A stretch of 63,833 bases of DNA, filler included, from Octopus bimaculoides (GCF_001194135.2; 5 parts of 5 records of this genome joined end to end with filler, not necessarily neighbours in it), one strand, 5' to 3'; shown: positions 25,060 to 37,944, numbered from the whole stretch's first letter. Notes: generated from the sequence alone by a model not told the origin. Translations and numbers: made by a program.

Positions 25060-25275
25060 ACTGAGTTACACTAAGTGTAACAAAACGGGTACTTTGGTTT
25101 GTAATCCATCCGAGAAGCTTACTCGGATACCGGGTCACCTATTTTATGGGCAACCTTTATGTTGACCAGAGGAAATAGGATAAACGATACTGTCTGAGAA
25201 GCTTCGAGGCAGAATCGAACACGATTCCTCCTGATAGCAAAGCGAAATTCCTAAGCACTCGGCCATATCTACACC
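25060..25275 (-). mobile_element. Possible older tRNA-derived SINE (fourth family)
   Basis: Minus strand TGGCCGAGTGCTTAGG (A box) and GTTCGATTC (B box), followed by a non-tRNA body. Confidence 0.4.
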
Positions 25276-25574
25276 CATATATACACATCGGTACACATCC
25301 ACGCTTATTACAATATAACATCCAAATTAGATATTATACTGCTTCGATGCCCCCCAACCGCGCAGTCCCAACAGCGTTTGTAGCTTCTTACGATTTAGGG
25401 AATTAGGGTGGGGGTTCTGAGACCGCACAGTACCCAAGTATAGGCGCCACAGTATTTTCGTTACACCTCTTTGCGTTCTGTGTTCAAATCCCACCGGGTA
25501 TGTCTTTGCCTCTGACCGCATTCCATGTTGCATTATGAAACTAATAAATGTCTTACAGGAACGTGTGTGTGTGT

Positions 25575-25606
<32 letters not shown>

Positions 25607-25726
25607 GTATGTATATATACATACGTACATATACATATATTTGTATATGAATGCATATACCTATATATATACGTATGTATATGTGTGTGTATGTATACAT
25701 ATATGTTTCTATATGAATGTATAAAC

Positions 25727-25792
<66 letters not shown>

Positions 25793-26507
25793 ATGTATAA
25801 AAGAATTTATCTAACATACTTTCATTTCTGCAAACCAGCCATTCTATAAACTGAGTTCTTTTAGTCTGGCAGAAAACCAATTTTATAGAAGTGGTATATA
25901 TATATATATAATAGCATGATCGATTAGCATATACCATATCGATCTCGAAACACGACGGACAAAATCGACCCCGGGTAGGGACTGAATTGAGAAGGCAGAA
26001 GAAGAAACTTGTGCGCAGTAAAGCATCTAGTTCGACGCTATGTTATTTTCGATCAATTTTCCATATTTTATCGATAAAAACTTTAATGGATGGTGATGAA
26101 ATTTCACACAGTTTTTCGTGCCCCAAATTCAGTCAATTTCGGAGGTACTCACTTTGCACAAATGTTTCCGGTACCCAAAGATTTCAATCGTCTTCTGTAA
26201 TGCAGTCTGACCACTGTCCAGTTAGTTGTTCAGCAAGACCACGGATTTTGAACCGTCTGCTCAGGCGAATCAGTCCTTCCAAGTCACAATTGATGGTTTC
26301 TCACTCTCTGGTCTGTCTTCACTGCTAGTTTGTCCTTTTTTAAAACTTCATCATTTTGCCTCCTGTCTTTTGTCTGTTACTGATTTCAGTTATTAGACTG
26401 CGGCCATGCTGGGGCACCGCCTTGAAGAAGAATTTTCGTCAAACGAATCAATTCCATCACTTATTTTTCTTTAAACCTAGATACTTATTCTATGTATGTA
26501 TGTATGT

Positions 26508-27172
26508 ATGGTGTGGCCATATTGTTCGAATGGCAGATGAACGCATGCCGAAACAGCTGTTTTATGGTGAGCTTGCAGAGAGGAAACGTTATCGGCATAA
26601 ACCTAAAAAAAGGTTTAAGGATGGCATAAGGACTGCTATGAAGTCAATTGGAATGGCTCCAAAAGATATAGAAGTCCTCGCTTCAGATCGAGTTGGATGG
26701 CGAACAAGGGTGTGGAGTGGAGTGAAAGCATTTGAAGAGGCCAGGATGATGCAAGCAGGGCTCAAGAGACATTTAAGGAAAAAGGTGAAGACTGAGAAGG
26801 TGAATGACAAGGACCTTTTTGTGTGCACAGTCTGTGACAGACCATGTCTGTCCTTGGCTGGCCTCAAATCTCACCTGCGAACCCATGGAAAACAAACCTC
26901 ACCCAGCTATTCTGATTATATGTCTGTGCACACGTCTGAATGTGGTGTGTGCCAGGAGCTGGTTTCTAGATCCACAAAGCACCATCGTTGGAAGGTTGAT
27001 AACAAGAACAAATTCGCAGTCTAAACTTGAGAAAAGCCTTGCATATCTTTACTGTTCCACTTACAGATTGTAACGTACGAGTTAGTTGGTTGGTTTTTTC
27101 TGAAAACCCTATCGTATCTAGATTGCTAGTTAGCCATTTAATCACGAAACCAAGTGCACCTGTTGTTATTGG
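26508..27172 (+). mobile_element. RTE-clade LINE 3' end (RT C-terminus, C2H2 finger, 3' UTR)
   Basis: WCGHIVRMADERMPKQLFYGEL...RHKPKKRFKD...LASDRVGWR, then CTVCDRPCLSLAGLKSHLRTH, stop at 27024. A 3' UTR relative recurs at ~28395-28560. Confidence 0.88.
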
Positions 27173-27174
27173 TA

Positions 27175-27741
27175 TGAGGGGGAGTAAAAAAGTAATGCTA
27201 TTTTGTTTAAGACAGGTATAATTACCAACACAGGAACATGTAACATGCATCAAAAGGAAGCTGGTCCTCTGTGGATCACATCCCTACTTCGCAACATAGT
27301 CACCGTTTCTCTCAATAGCAATGTTCCACCTTCGAATGAGAGCATGTATCCCTGCCCCGTAAAATTCTGTTGACTGTTCTTTGAGCCACTTCTTCACTAC
27401 TCTTTTGATTTCCTCCTCACTGGAATAATGTTTGCCTCTCAAACTCTCTTTCATGGGGCCGAAGAGATGATAGTCTGAAGGCGATAAATTATTCCAGCGA
27501 GGAGGAAGTGAAAACTGTAGTGAAGATGTGGCTCAAACAACAGTCAACAGAATTTTACGGGGCAGGGATACATGCTCTCATTCGAAGGTGGAACATTGCT
27601 ATTGAGAGAAATGGTGACTATGTTGAGAAGTAGGGATGTGACCCACAGAGGACCAGCTTCATTTTGATGTATGACACATGCTCCTGTGTTGGTAATTATA
27701 CCTGTCCTAAACAAAATGGCTTATTTTTTGACTCACCCTCG
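27175..27741. mobile_element. Palindromic mariner-derived MITE formed from two inverted transposase 3' ends
   Basis: TA-TGAGGGGGAGTAAAAAAGTAATGC ... TTATTTTTTGACTCACCCTCG ends. Both arms carry the WLKxQSTEFYGAGIHALIRRWNIAIERNGDYVxK* C-terminus in opposite orientation. Junction at ~27480. Confidence 0.88.
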
Positions 27742-27885
27742 AATAAATGTGAATTTATAATCTGGGTATAGAAGGTGGAGGTTTCGATTACGTACGTACG
27801 TATGTATGTATGTATGTATGTATGTATGGCAAAAATTAGTTGTACCTGTAATTTAAAATGCCAGCTTTGTAACATTCTGTCTCAT

Positions 27886-28142
27886 GCTAAATCTCTTTGG
27901 GAAGAATGTTAAGGGTATGCGTGTCTCTGGAGTACTCAGCCACATGCACGTTAATTTGCCGTGAAGGTTGTTCCATTGATCGGAACAGGCCAACATTCTC
28001 CGTGATCGGAAGGCTAACCCATCAGAGTGACTCATTCACAGCTGAGTGGACTGGAGCAAGAACACAACACGTCGCTCGACCCATGAAGCGAACCCATGAT
28101 CAAGCAATCGCGAGTGCAATACCCTAACCATTAGGCCACGCG
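27886..28142. mobile_element. Rearranged SINE family C (3' half on +, 5' half on -)
   Basis: 27886-28020 is the reverse of the 24780-24870 body. 28030-28142 is in the same orientation as 24925-25040. Confidence 0.65.
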
Positions 28143-30898
28143 TGTATGTATGTTTGTATATATGTGCGTGCGTGTGTGCGTGCGTGTGTGCGTGTGTGCG
28201 AGCGCGTGTGTGTGTGCGTGTGTGTGCGTGCGTGCGTGTGTGTGTGTGCGTGCGTGTGTGTGTGTGTCTGCGTGTGTATTTCTGTGTTCTGTTTTTAATT
28301 ATATGAAATCTTCCTCTGTAGAGGGAGCTATTTTCTAACAAAGATACAAAACTCCATCGCTGGAATGTAGATAACGAAAACAACGTCACATTTTAAACTT
28401 GAGAAAAGTCTTGCAGAGTCTTACCGTTCCACTTACAGATTGTACTTGTAATGCGTGAGTTGGTTGGTTGATTTCTTCTTCTGAAAACTCCAGCTTATCC
28501 AGATTGTCAGTTAAGCATTTATTCACAAAATCAAGTCCACCGATTGTATTATTGGTTTAAATGTAAATGTAAATGTATGTATGTATGTATGTATGTAAGT
28601 ATGTGTGTGTGTGTATGGGAGTATGAGTGTATGTCTGCAAATATATATTATCTCTTTCGTGCAGTGTGTTAAACGAATATTGATTCTTTAATAACTATAG
28701 TGTTACGGAAAGATTCAAGATCTGATGAAAATATCACGTGACTTCATTGAAGAATTGCCAAAACTTTCAGCGATGTTTTATAGCAGGAAATGACCTTTAA
28801 TATAAAGTTAACAAAATAACACACGCCCCCCCCCAAAAAAAAAGAAAAGTAAAATGGAAGAAAGAAAGAAAATTTGTCATGAATAATTTATTGATTTTCT
28901 GTATTGATACAATAATGTTACATATGAAGAGTGAGGAACGTTGTGGAATTAAATCGATTCTAAAATTTAATTAGTTGTTTATTTTATTAATTCTGGAAGG
29001 ATGCTAGACAAAGTTGGCTTCGGTAGGATTTGAACTCAGAACGTAAAGAGTCGTAACTGGATACAGCAAGGCATTTTGATCGGATCGATGCTCTCATGAT
29101 TGCCAATCCACTGCTATAGCAAGTAAAGTTTCAAAAATCAGACATGAAAGCTACAAAATACAACGAAAAAAAAAATTAATAAGGAGATATCTAGCTCAAC
29201 CTTCGTAAAAAAAAAAAGAAGAAAAATGATCGTCAGAAGGAGGCCTCTAAGCAGATACTCGATCTGTAAGAAACAACAGCCAAATCTCTCCCAAATTCAA
29301 ACCCTGTTAAATATTGGACATTGTTCGACCTGAAAAATATATAGAAGGAGTTGTCTCGTCAGAAGTGTATTTGATCATAAGTCTACTCAAACAGAGCTGA
29401 ACTAGGGTTATATTTCTTGTTTGGTAGGTTTGCAATTCTGCGATCTTTCAATTACCAGATGTATTTTGAAAATGATGTTGAATTACACTTGACCCTGTAT
29501 GAAAATGAATACATCTGACGTACTTGTTCAGACAAAAGGAAAGGAGAAAAACGAAAAGAAATAAAGAAAGCGAAATGAGGTAGGAGACGGAAACAAATAT
29601 AACAATAGATGCTAATGTAGCTTGTATGTTACTGAAAAGCTCAAAATATTGGTGGGAGCGTCAATGTTTTTGACAGAAAAAAGGAAACCATCTTTTCTTC
29701 TTTACACACCAGGAAATTCGAATAATAAAGTTTTAAATACATTTCTTTCCCAAATACATTCCAGCTTCAAACCTTTTTCGTTCTCTTCTTTTCCTTCCTT
29801 TTCCCTTTTCCTTTCAACGCACCCTCTATTCTTCGCGTACCCATTCGCACCCCACACAAGGATTCCTGGGAGATTTGTTTGTCGGATTATATGAGTAGAT
29901 CTGCTGACAGGAAGTTTACCTGTTTAGCTTATAAAGTGTTGTTACGGACCGACACACATGCGTTCAAGGTTTCGTGCGAGTGTTCAACGCTATAGCTCTT
30001 TCAGTGAAGTAAATTGAAGCAGGACATTGACTGACGTCATTGGAAATTCAACCGAGTTCTGAGACATGCTTTTAGAACTTGTACCGGGAATTACTGGTAT
30101 AACTTCAGGCTAAAAGACAGGACTATTTACTTGTATAATCCTGCTTTAGAATCACCATGGCACCCGTACTTCGAATCCAGCAGAGAAGGATCGAATTCAT
30201 TTTAGAAATTTCTTTCGTATATCTGCATCTGACGACCGCAGTTGAATGGCAAGTTGCAACAGCTTGTTTCACCATTAACTAAAATTGATCTTGTATTCAC
30301 CTACGTTCATTGCAGACGCCTACATTTAAAATCAGAGATCGAACTCGGCAAATTAAATTGCTCACTTAAGCCCTAGCTTCGATCTTTGTGCTTCGATCTT
30401 TTTATTCTTTGTAATTCAATCGACTCTTTCTCCTTTTCCTGTTTTTCTTTTCAGTTATCTCCCTTCTTCATTTATCCACCAATAGGGACTTGCCTTCGTA
30501 AATCCATCTTCTCGCACCCTATTTTTTAAAAAATTCTTTTCTTCCCAGCTATCTTTACTTTTCGAGAGTGTTTACCTTTTGGTTCACAATATATCAAACA
30601 TTCGATATATCATTAAATAATACGTGTAATTATGCGAAACTAAAGCGAGAATTGTGCTGACTAGCATTACCTTACTGTTTTCCAGTGGGTAAAAATCTCT
30701 CAGCTATGGTCATGTGACAACATCGGGGACTGAAGAACCGTGACGCAAATTGTGCGACGAAACTGTCAGCGTTGGCTTCAGCCGACCTAATTCTGTCATT
30801 CTTACTCTCTGGTATTAAGTACAGTACTTCGTCCTTTGCTCGGTATCACTCGTATGTACGTATGTATGTATGTATGTATGTATGTATGTATGTATGTA

Positions 30899-30941
<43 letters not shown>

Positions 30942-31213
30942 AATATAACATACTTATATAATGTATATCTATGTAAATATATGTATGTAATATATATATA
31001 CATATAATATATGTGTATATATATTTATATAAATATGTGTACACACACACACACACATATATATGTAAATGTATATATTTATGTAAATGTATGCATTCAT
31101 TCATACATGTACATATACATGTATATGTATATATGCATTTCAAAATATGTATGTTTGTGTGTGTCTGTCTGTCTGCGTGTATATATATACATACATATGC
31201 ATACATATACTAC

Positions 31214-31249
<36 letters not shown>

Positions 31250-31354
31250 NNNNNNNNNNNNNNNNNNNNNNNNNNNNNNNNNNNNNNNNNNNNTTAATTA
31301 ATTAANNNNNNNNNNNNNNNNNNNNNNNNNNNNNNNNNNNNNNNNNNNNTTCTT

Positions 31355-31642
31355 TTGTCCCCCGTCGGCCGCCTCGAAAGGGCGGATCATGTCGTTCGGG
31401 AGAAGAGACTCAATAGATCGCAGTGTGGTAGCTGCTCTACTAAGCACGTCACTCCGAACGGCAAGTCGAGTCGTATGCAAGCGATCCTTTTCGTCTCGAT
31501 CTCTTCGAACAAGTCGGGGGATGGGACGTCGACGATGACGACGGCGGCGGGACCGCCGCCGATGTCCCAAAATGGCAATTCCACCAGTGACACTGCCGCT
31601 CACCGCGCGAACGTGACAGGCGGACGGCGAACGCCGAGCTAA
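31355..31642 (+). CDS. Candidate terminal coding exon or orphan GC-rich ORF fragment (unknown product)
   Basis: Frame open from the gap edge to TAA at 31640-31642. About 60% GC (185/310 hand count for 31351-31660) with GC-rich third positions. No family recognised. Confidence 0.35.
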   Translation: MSPVGRLERADHVVREKRLNRSQCGSCSTKHVTPNGKSSRMQAILFVSISSNKSGDGTSTMTTAAGPPPMSQNGNSTSDTAAHRANVTGGRRTPS

Positions 31643-31679
31643 GGCATGCGCCTTGAGGTTGAGACGTTTTGGAAAACAA

Positions 31680-33000
31680 CTCGGGTCTCTTGTGTGAATG
31701 TTACATTTATATACAAGATTTCTACTCATACAGAGGTTCATCACTGGGCATTTTGAGTTTTCTCTGCATGAGCATTTATTATACTTATTTGTATATATGG
31801 CAGTTCTGACTTCATTTTCCGACGTTACTATGTTAATTATATTAAAATCATTTCTCCTATCACAATTTGGTGCTTGTCATCGAGGCTTACATTTTTGTTG
31901 GTATTTAGATGCGTATGTTTGCTAGATCCAGTAGGTGGATTATCGAACTGTTAGTAGAGTTAGTGTAGGATACCTTCATGGTGTGCTGATTTAAAAATAG
32001 CATGGTATCTATTAGATTTAGGGAAACATTTACCTAAAACGGCAGAAATATTTTCCAGCGATCTTGGTTAAAACATTCGAACCAAAAATTGGGTTGTACC
32101 AGAGTACATTGTGATGCCTATATCTGTTATTTGGCTTACGTGATCTAATGTGTTATTCAGGATTGGAACAATTTATTGCTTTGAGCAGTAGGATTATTGT
32201 GTCATGCGTATCTATGAACTTTCTTTGGTAGTTCATTGCTTTGGCCAATTCTTCCTCACCTGTATTCTCGATCTGAGTCAGTTCTCATACTGTAACGCTG
32301 TGATGGTGTGCAATGTGTATTATTATTGGAGGAATTGACAGTGTTGTGAATGCCTGCTTCTTGTATATATTGAATTTTCTCACGGTATTCAGTCCTAGCT
32401 AAAGTAGCATTATAATAAGCTGTATGTGATTCGAAATTTTTTTATTAACAGATAATCTAGAAATTCTTGTAGAAATAGTATTAACTAATCCCTGAGGATT
32501 AAGGTGGATGGTTGGATGCTACATTTATGTACTTAATATGATCATTTGGCTTATGAAATGGTTCGGATAATCCAGTATCAAGACAATGTAGCATCAAGAA
32601 ATTACTATCCCATTTTAATGCTTAGTCCTAAATTCTTAAAACTTCTAAAGAAATGTTTCCTATGCCTTTCTAATTGTACTTTACTACTTCTGTCCAGAAA
32701 GAATAGGGCGTCATCTCTATATAGACCCCTGTTACTTCCGGAAAGGAAGACTGGGTTAATGAAAAGATATATATACCAACTTAGTTTGTGACCTGTGCAG
32801 AGTTAGATGACCACATCGCTATATCAAAAGTTGGTAATGGTAGTAGAAATAGGAAATGAGATTGTGTTACAGGGGAAAATGGTTATGTATGTATTTTTAT
32901 GGATTTTATTCGTAATTGGGAGTTATTTTGAGAGAGAAACTGAGTGTATGACTTAAGGGATGGTATTAACGAAATAAAATCCAAATATTTCATCAAGTAA
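31680..33000 (-). mobile_element. Penelope-like retroelement (degenerate RT, linker and start of GIY-YIG domain)
   Basis: Minus strand GLYRDDALF (32701-32727), KPNDHIKYINVASNHPP (~32501-32552), HNVLWYNPIFGSNVLTKIAGK (~32050-32118) and CSCRENSKCPVMNLCMSRNLVYKC (~31703-31775), all typical PLE motifs. Many stops. Confidence 0.9.
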
Positions 33001-34530
33001 AGTTGGACACAGTTTGTATTGAATGGAATGTTTGACTGTCAATATGAAAGTGACTTGTACAGAGAAATTGTGTTGGAAAGTACGCATGTGTATGTATATG
33101 TGTGTATTTACGTAGGATTTGTATTGTGTCTGTTTCTTTTGCTGTCAGTGTTTCTCCTTCCTTTCTTTTTGTATTTGTTGTTGGATCGTTCGTAAAAGTT
33201 CATAAGAGAAAGTAGGAGTTGAAAGGATTTGTAAAAGTATTAGAAAGAGGAAATTAGATTTTATTAGAGGAGGAAATGTTAATTTGTGTAGTTTTATGGA
33301 TTTTATTCGTAATTGGGAGTTTTTTTGACGGAAAAAATGACGCTGTGACCTAAATTATGGTATTTAGAATATTAATTGCGATTCTTTCATCCAAGAAATT
33401 TGGAATTGTGTAAATGTATGAATTTTAAACATATACACACACTCAGAAAATCTGGGCATGAAGAACAAAATATGTATATATGTATACATGCAAAACAAGA
33501 AAAGGTAAAAGGTGGAAAGTGGGAGGTTTTCAGACGATGAATATTTAAGCATAAATATGTAGATATTTATATTAATAGATTCAAACTTACACAGAGTACA
33601 AACGACAGAGAAAATTGAAGGAAGAGAAGTATTATAAGTCAAACGGCTGTTTGTGGGGGCTCGGAGATCCATGATAATGTTAGTAGATGTAGTTCATCAC
33701 AATATGTGGCCGTAAAAGATGAAATCAACATGGAATAAGATGAGTCTCTGTCATTCATGGTAGAGGTCTTACATTTCAGATGTTAATGCAGAGAAGTTTG
33801 AAGATGGAATGATTAAATGCAGAGAGCTTACTGCATTAGAGGGGGGAGTAGGAGGGTCGGTGGGGTCATGGGGTGTTAAGACGGGAATGGTGAGAGGAGA
33901 TAAGAGAGCCAGTTCAGGAAGAGGGAGAGGTTAATAATGAGGGTATTAAGGAAGTGGTAGTAGAGGTGGGGAGTTGGGAGATGAATGGGAGGGGTAGGAT
34001 AGATAGTAATTGAAGGGTAGTCAGTTGTGTTGGGTTTGTGAACAGGTATGAAAGTTTAGGATTAATAGCAATAGAATTATTGGGAGTTGAGAGAATGAGA
34101 AAAGAATGGCAATTATTTGAGGGAGGGAAGGTGTCTGATTCAGAGGGAGATGACTAAGGTGTAGAAAAGTATGGAGAGAAGACAGATGGAGGAGGACAGA
34201 GTGGGGGTGTGGGTGAATCGGTGATCAAGATAGCAGTAGTCAGTAGAATAATGAATGTAGGTTGGTATTGGAGGAGGGGGGGGTACTGAGGTATGCAGAT
34301 GTGTATGAATTGAATAGAGGGAGATGAATAGAGAAGAAGGAGGGAGAGGTTGATAGGTCAATATCTAATTGAGTGGGGTAGTTTTAAGTGCTGTGGTTGA
34401 AGAGGAAAGAATACCACTTGTGAGGGAGGCGGGATGTGGTGGCTAAGAGGAATTTGCAAAGGTAATCATGGGAAGGAAAGGTGGTATTAGTGGAGGGGTA
34501 AGTTACTAGGCTGACCTTGTCGTACCTAGA
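33000..34530. mobile_element. Probable further PLE-derived sequence (partial RT duplication and purine-rich terminal region)
   Basis: ~33280-33365 duplicates ~32870-32960. The purine/G-rich + strand resembles 14290-14660 next to the other PLE fragment. Confidence 0.35.
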
Positions 34531-34539
34531 GGTTAATTA

Positions 34540-36310
34540 TAATTAAAAATAATTATACTTATGGGGTTACATAGATTTAATAAAATGGACAAATGCTGAA
34601 TAGAACCAGTATTTACAAGAGAGTATTACGGCCACTAACAAGGACAGTGCTGTGCTTGAAAAACATCGAAAAAGGCAATACGGTAGACAATTCCAGGCTA
34701 ATATCCTGCTTGCCACTTATGTGGGAATTATTGACTGGAATAGGTACCAAGGATCAACTCCTGGTAGACAAAAACTGTGCTAAGAGACTGCAAGAGGAGG
34801 AAAACTAATTTAGCCATGACATGGATCGATTATCGCAAGGCGTATGATATGATCCTACATTCTTAGATTATGGAATGTATGAACCTATTTGCATCGAATG
34901 TTGAACAATTGCTTGGAAAAAGTATGGCGAAGTGGAGGACGGAACTGACAGCATATGGAAGAAGTTTAGCGACAATAGAAAACAGGAGAGGCATCTTCCA
35001 AGGGGACTACCCCGCTTGTCTTTGTACTGTGCATGATACTAGTTACACTGATTCTGAGGACAGCAAAAGCTGGGTATGTATTCAAAAGCTGCCAACAAAA
35101 AGTCAACCATTTGTTATTCATAGATGACCTCAAACTTTATGGTAAAGATGAATCCCAAGTCAGTTCCCTCGTTGATGCAGTGTATACCTTCAGTGCTGAT
35201 ATCGGAATGGAGTTCGGACTGAGAAAGTGTGGTGTGTTAGTCTTGAAGAGAGGCAAAATCAAATGCATAGGCAGGCTAACGATACCATCAGGGGAGGTTA
35301 TGAAACAGATAGAAGAGACGGGCTATAAGTACTTGGGGATTTGGGAAATGGGTAAATTGATGGAGAAAGAAATGACAGAAAAATTTAAGGTGGATTACTT
35401 GCGCAGACTGAGACTGATCCATAAGTCAAAATTAAAGGGACGGAATAAGATTGAAGCTATCAACACCTGGGCAGTTTCACTCCTTAGATATGGAGCAGGA
35501 GTAATTGCATGGATACTAGACAAACTAAGCAGCTTAGACAGAAAGACAAGGAAATTGCTGACTAGATATGGGATACTCCACCCAAAAAGTGACACAGACA
35601 GATTGTATGTAGCAAGAAAAAGAGGGAGAAGAGGATTGATTGGATGTGAACACAGCATTAGAGTAGAAGAAAACAACATAGCATAGTATGTAAGAAATTC
35701 CACAGGACTGCTGTTATTGGAAGTAAGAAGGTCAAGCTTGTGTAGGATGAAAGATTGCAAAGATAAAGCACTATACAAGAAATTGAAAACGAATGAACCT
35801 GAAAATAGGTGGATAAAGAAAAGAATGTTAATACAATTTCATAGAGATGTTGAAGATAAGACAGACAGAGAAAAAAGATGGTCATGGAGGACTAAAAGGG
35901 ATTTAAAACCAGAAACAGAGGCTCTAATCTGTGTTGCCCAAGAGCAAGTGCTAAGAACGAATTATATCAAATACAGAATAGACAACACATCAAAAAGTGA
36001 TAAGATCAGAATTTGTTGACAAAATGGTGAGAGTGTATGGCATATCACCAGGCAATGTACAGCAGTAGCCCAGAAAGAATATAAGAGACATCATGACAAT
36101 ATAGCAAGGGTTGTCCATTGGACACTTTGCAACAAGTATAGACTTGACAGAGCTAAAAAAATGGTAGGAACATAAACCCAAAGGCATCATCGAAAATAAT
36201 ACAAAGATCATATGGGATTTTACGATTCAGTACGACCATGAGATAGAGAATAGGAAACCAGACATAGTGTTAATTGAGAAAGAAAGCAAATGATGCTGGA
36301 TCATTGAACG
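34540..36310 (+). mobile_element. R4/Dong-clade (RLE-type) LINE, 5'-truncated and frameshifted
   Basis: [53 protein letters not shown], a degenerate CCHC (RIC*QNGESVWHITRQC) and the RLE motif RKPDIVLIEKESK*CWII. Confidence 0.9.
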
Positions 36311-36603
36311 CAGCGTCTTCCAAAATGTAAGTAGTTTTCGTAAACTCATATCCTCCGACGCTACTCTATCTCTTTCTCTTTCCTCCCCCCCTCGTTCTTC
36401 CTCTGTACTACTACGTATCTCGCTTTACCCCTCTCGTTCTTCCTCTGTTACTACTACGTATCTCTTTTTCCCCCTCGTATTTCCTCTCTTTTTCTCGTTG
36501 CTCNNNNNNNNNNNNNNNNNNNNNNNNNNNNNNNNNNNNNNNNNNNNTTAATTAATTAANNNNNNNNNNNNNNNNNNNNNNNNNNNNNNNNNNNNNNNNN
36601 NNN

Positions 36604-36636
<33 letters not shown>

Positions 36637-36656
36637 ATATAGATATATACATACAT

Positions 36657-36687
<31 letters not shown>

Positions 36688-36954
36688 CATATATATATTG
36701 TGTGTGTGTGTATGTGTCTCAGTATATATATATACATATATACATATACAAAATATGGGGTTTAGTTCACAGGTGATCTAAATAACTAGGTACGCTGAGT
36801 AAGTGCTGTAACGGATTACCAGGGCTCCAAGTCTATAGCCGAGACTGGAGTTATGGAACCATTATAGATTTCCAATATACCGGATATACAATTGTTAAAC
36901 AATTATAATTGCTTAAAAATTTATAATTGTTTAACAATTATATATACATATACG

Positions 36955-37050
36955 CAGTGGCGGATTTGGCCAGTTATGCCAGCTTGCCCGATGGCAAGTG
37001 GGCCCTTTAGACATTACAGTCTATATACAAGAGTCCATGAAAAGAAATTT
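36955..37050. mobile_element. Possible MITE terminus (CAGTGGCGGATTT...)
   Basis: TIR-like start common in non-autonomous DNA transposons. Partner end not found. Confidence 0.3.
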
Positions 37051-37944
37051 TGGTTTCAAAGAAAATATCTGATGTCTTAGAGAAAGAATAAAAATTAGAA
37101 AAAACAAATATAACAATTAAGCAAAGCAGTTGGTCAAAGAATTCCCTAGGGAGTCAAAAGAAATCAAAATATATGATACAGTAGAGAGCTAGTCAGTTGT
37201 AATAAATGTAAGTAAATTTATATACATATTAATGCACACACACACACACACACGCACACACGTACACGCACATACAAACACATACACACACACGTATATA
37301 TATAGGTACACACAAACATACCCACAAAAACACCGTCAACTGTTTATTTTCCTAGGGGATTTTAAGTTGAGCCTAGCACTTATTAGCCTCCACACAACAA
37401 GCAATAAAACCAGAAGCAGATTTTAATTGACGTATGTATGTATGTATGTATGTATATATATTTGCATGTATGTATATGCATGTATGTATGAGAGAGAGAA
37501 TGTGTGTGTGTGTGTTTGTGTATGTGTTTATGTGTGTGTGTATGTGTGTGTGTGTGTGTGTATGTGTGCGGTTGCGTGTAAATATGAATGAATAAAAAAG
37601 AAATAGATTAACAGAAAGAAGTTCAAATTTGATTTTTCAACGCATGACTGAGCAATGATCCTGGAATGAAAGGCATATTCACACACACACGCACACGCGC
37701 GCGCGCGCACGAGCATACACAGGAAGATACATAATATATTGGCATTTGTAAACTTCATTATTTCTATCAGGCATCGAAAACTGGTCTTACAATATGAACG
37801 AACAAATAAGTAAGAAATATTCTAGAATGTAAATTTTGAATTTAGCTTTAGTTATAAAATTACATTTCACGACAGTTAAAAATATTTTGCTTTTCGGCTT
37901 TAGAATTATTGCATATATCTTCAAATGTTATTCATTAAATCGAA

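Noticed and set aside
25987-26328. 113-aa ORF and a GTGAGT donor on the opposite strand
   Set aside because: No recognisable motifs or matching acceptor. Likely decayed repeat or chance.
30741-30775. CTGAAGA…GAAA-CTG-TC as a hammerhead
   Set aside because: No helix I, and three unpaired extra bases before helix II. Probably chance.
31294-31305. Palindromic TTAATTAATTAA inside N runs (also 36548-36559, 56759-56770, 59240-59251)
   Set aside because: Each sits in the middle of a 44N-12-44N (100-bp) block and encodes stops in all six frames. It is an artificial scaffolding spacer, and contigs joined this way may not be truly adjacent.
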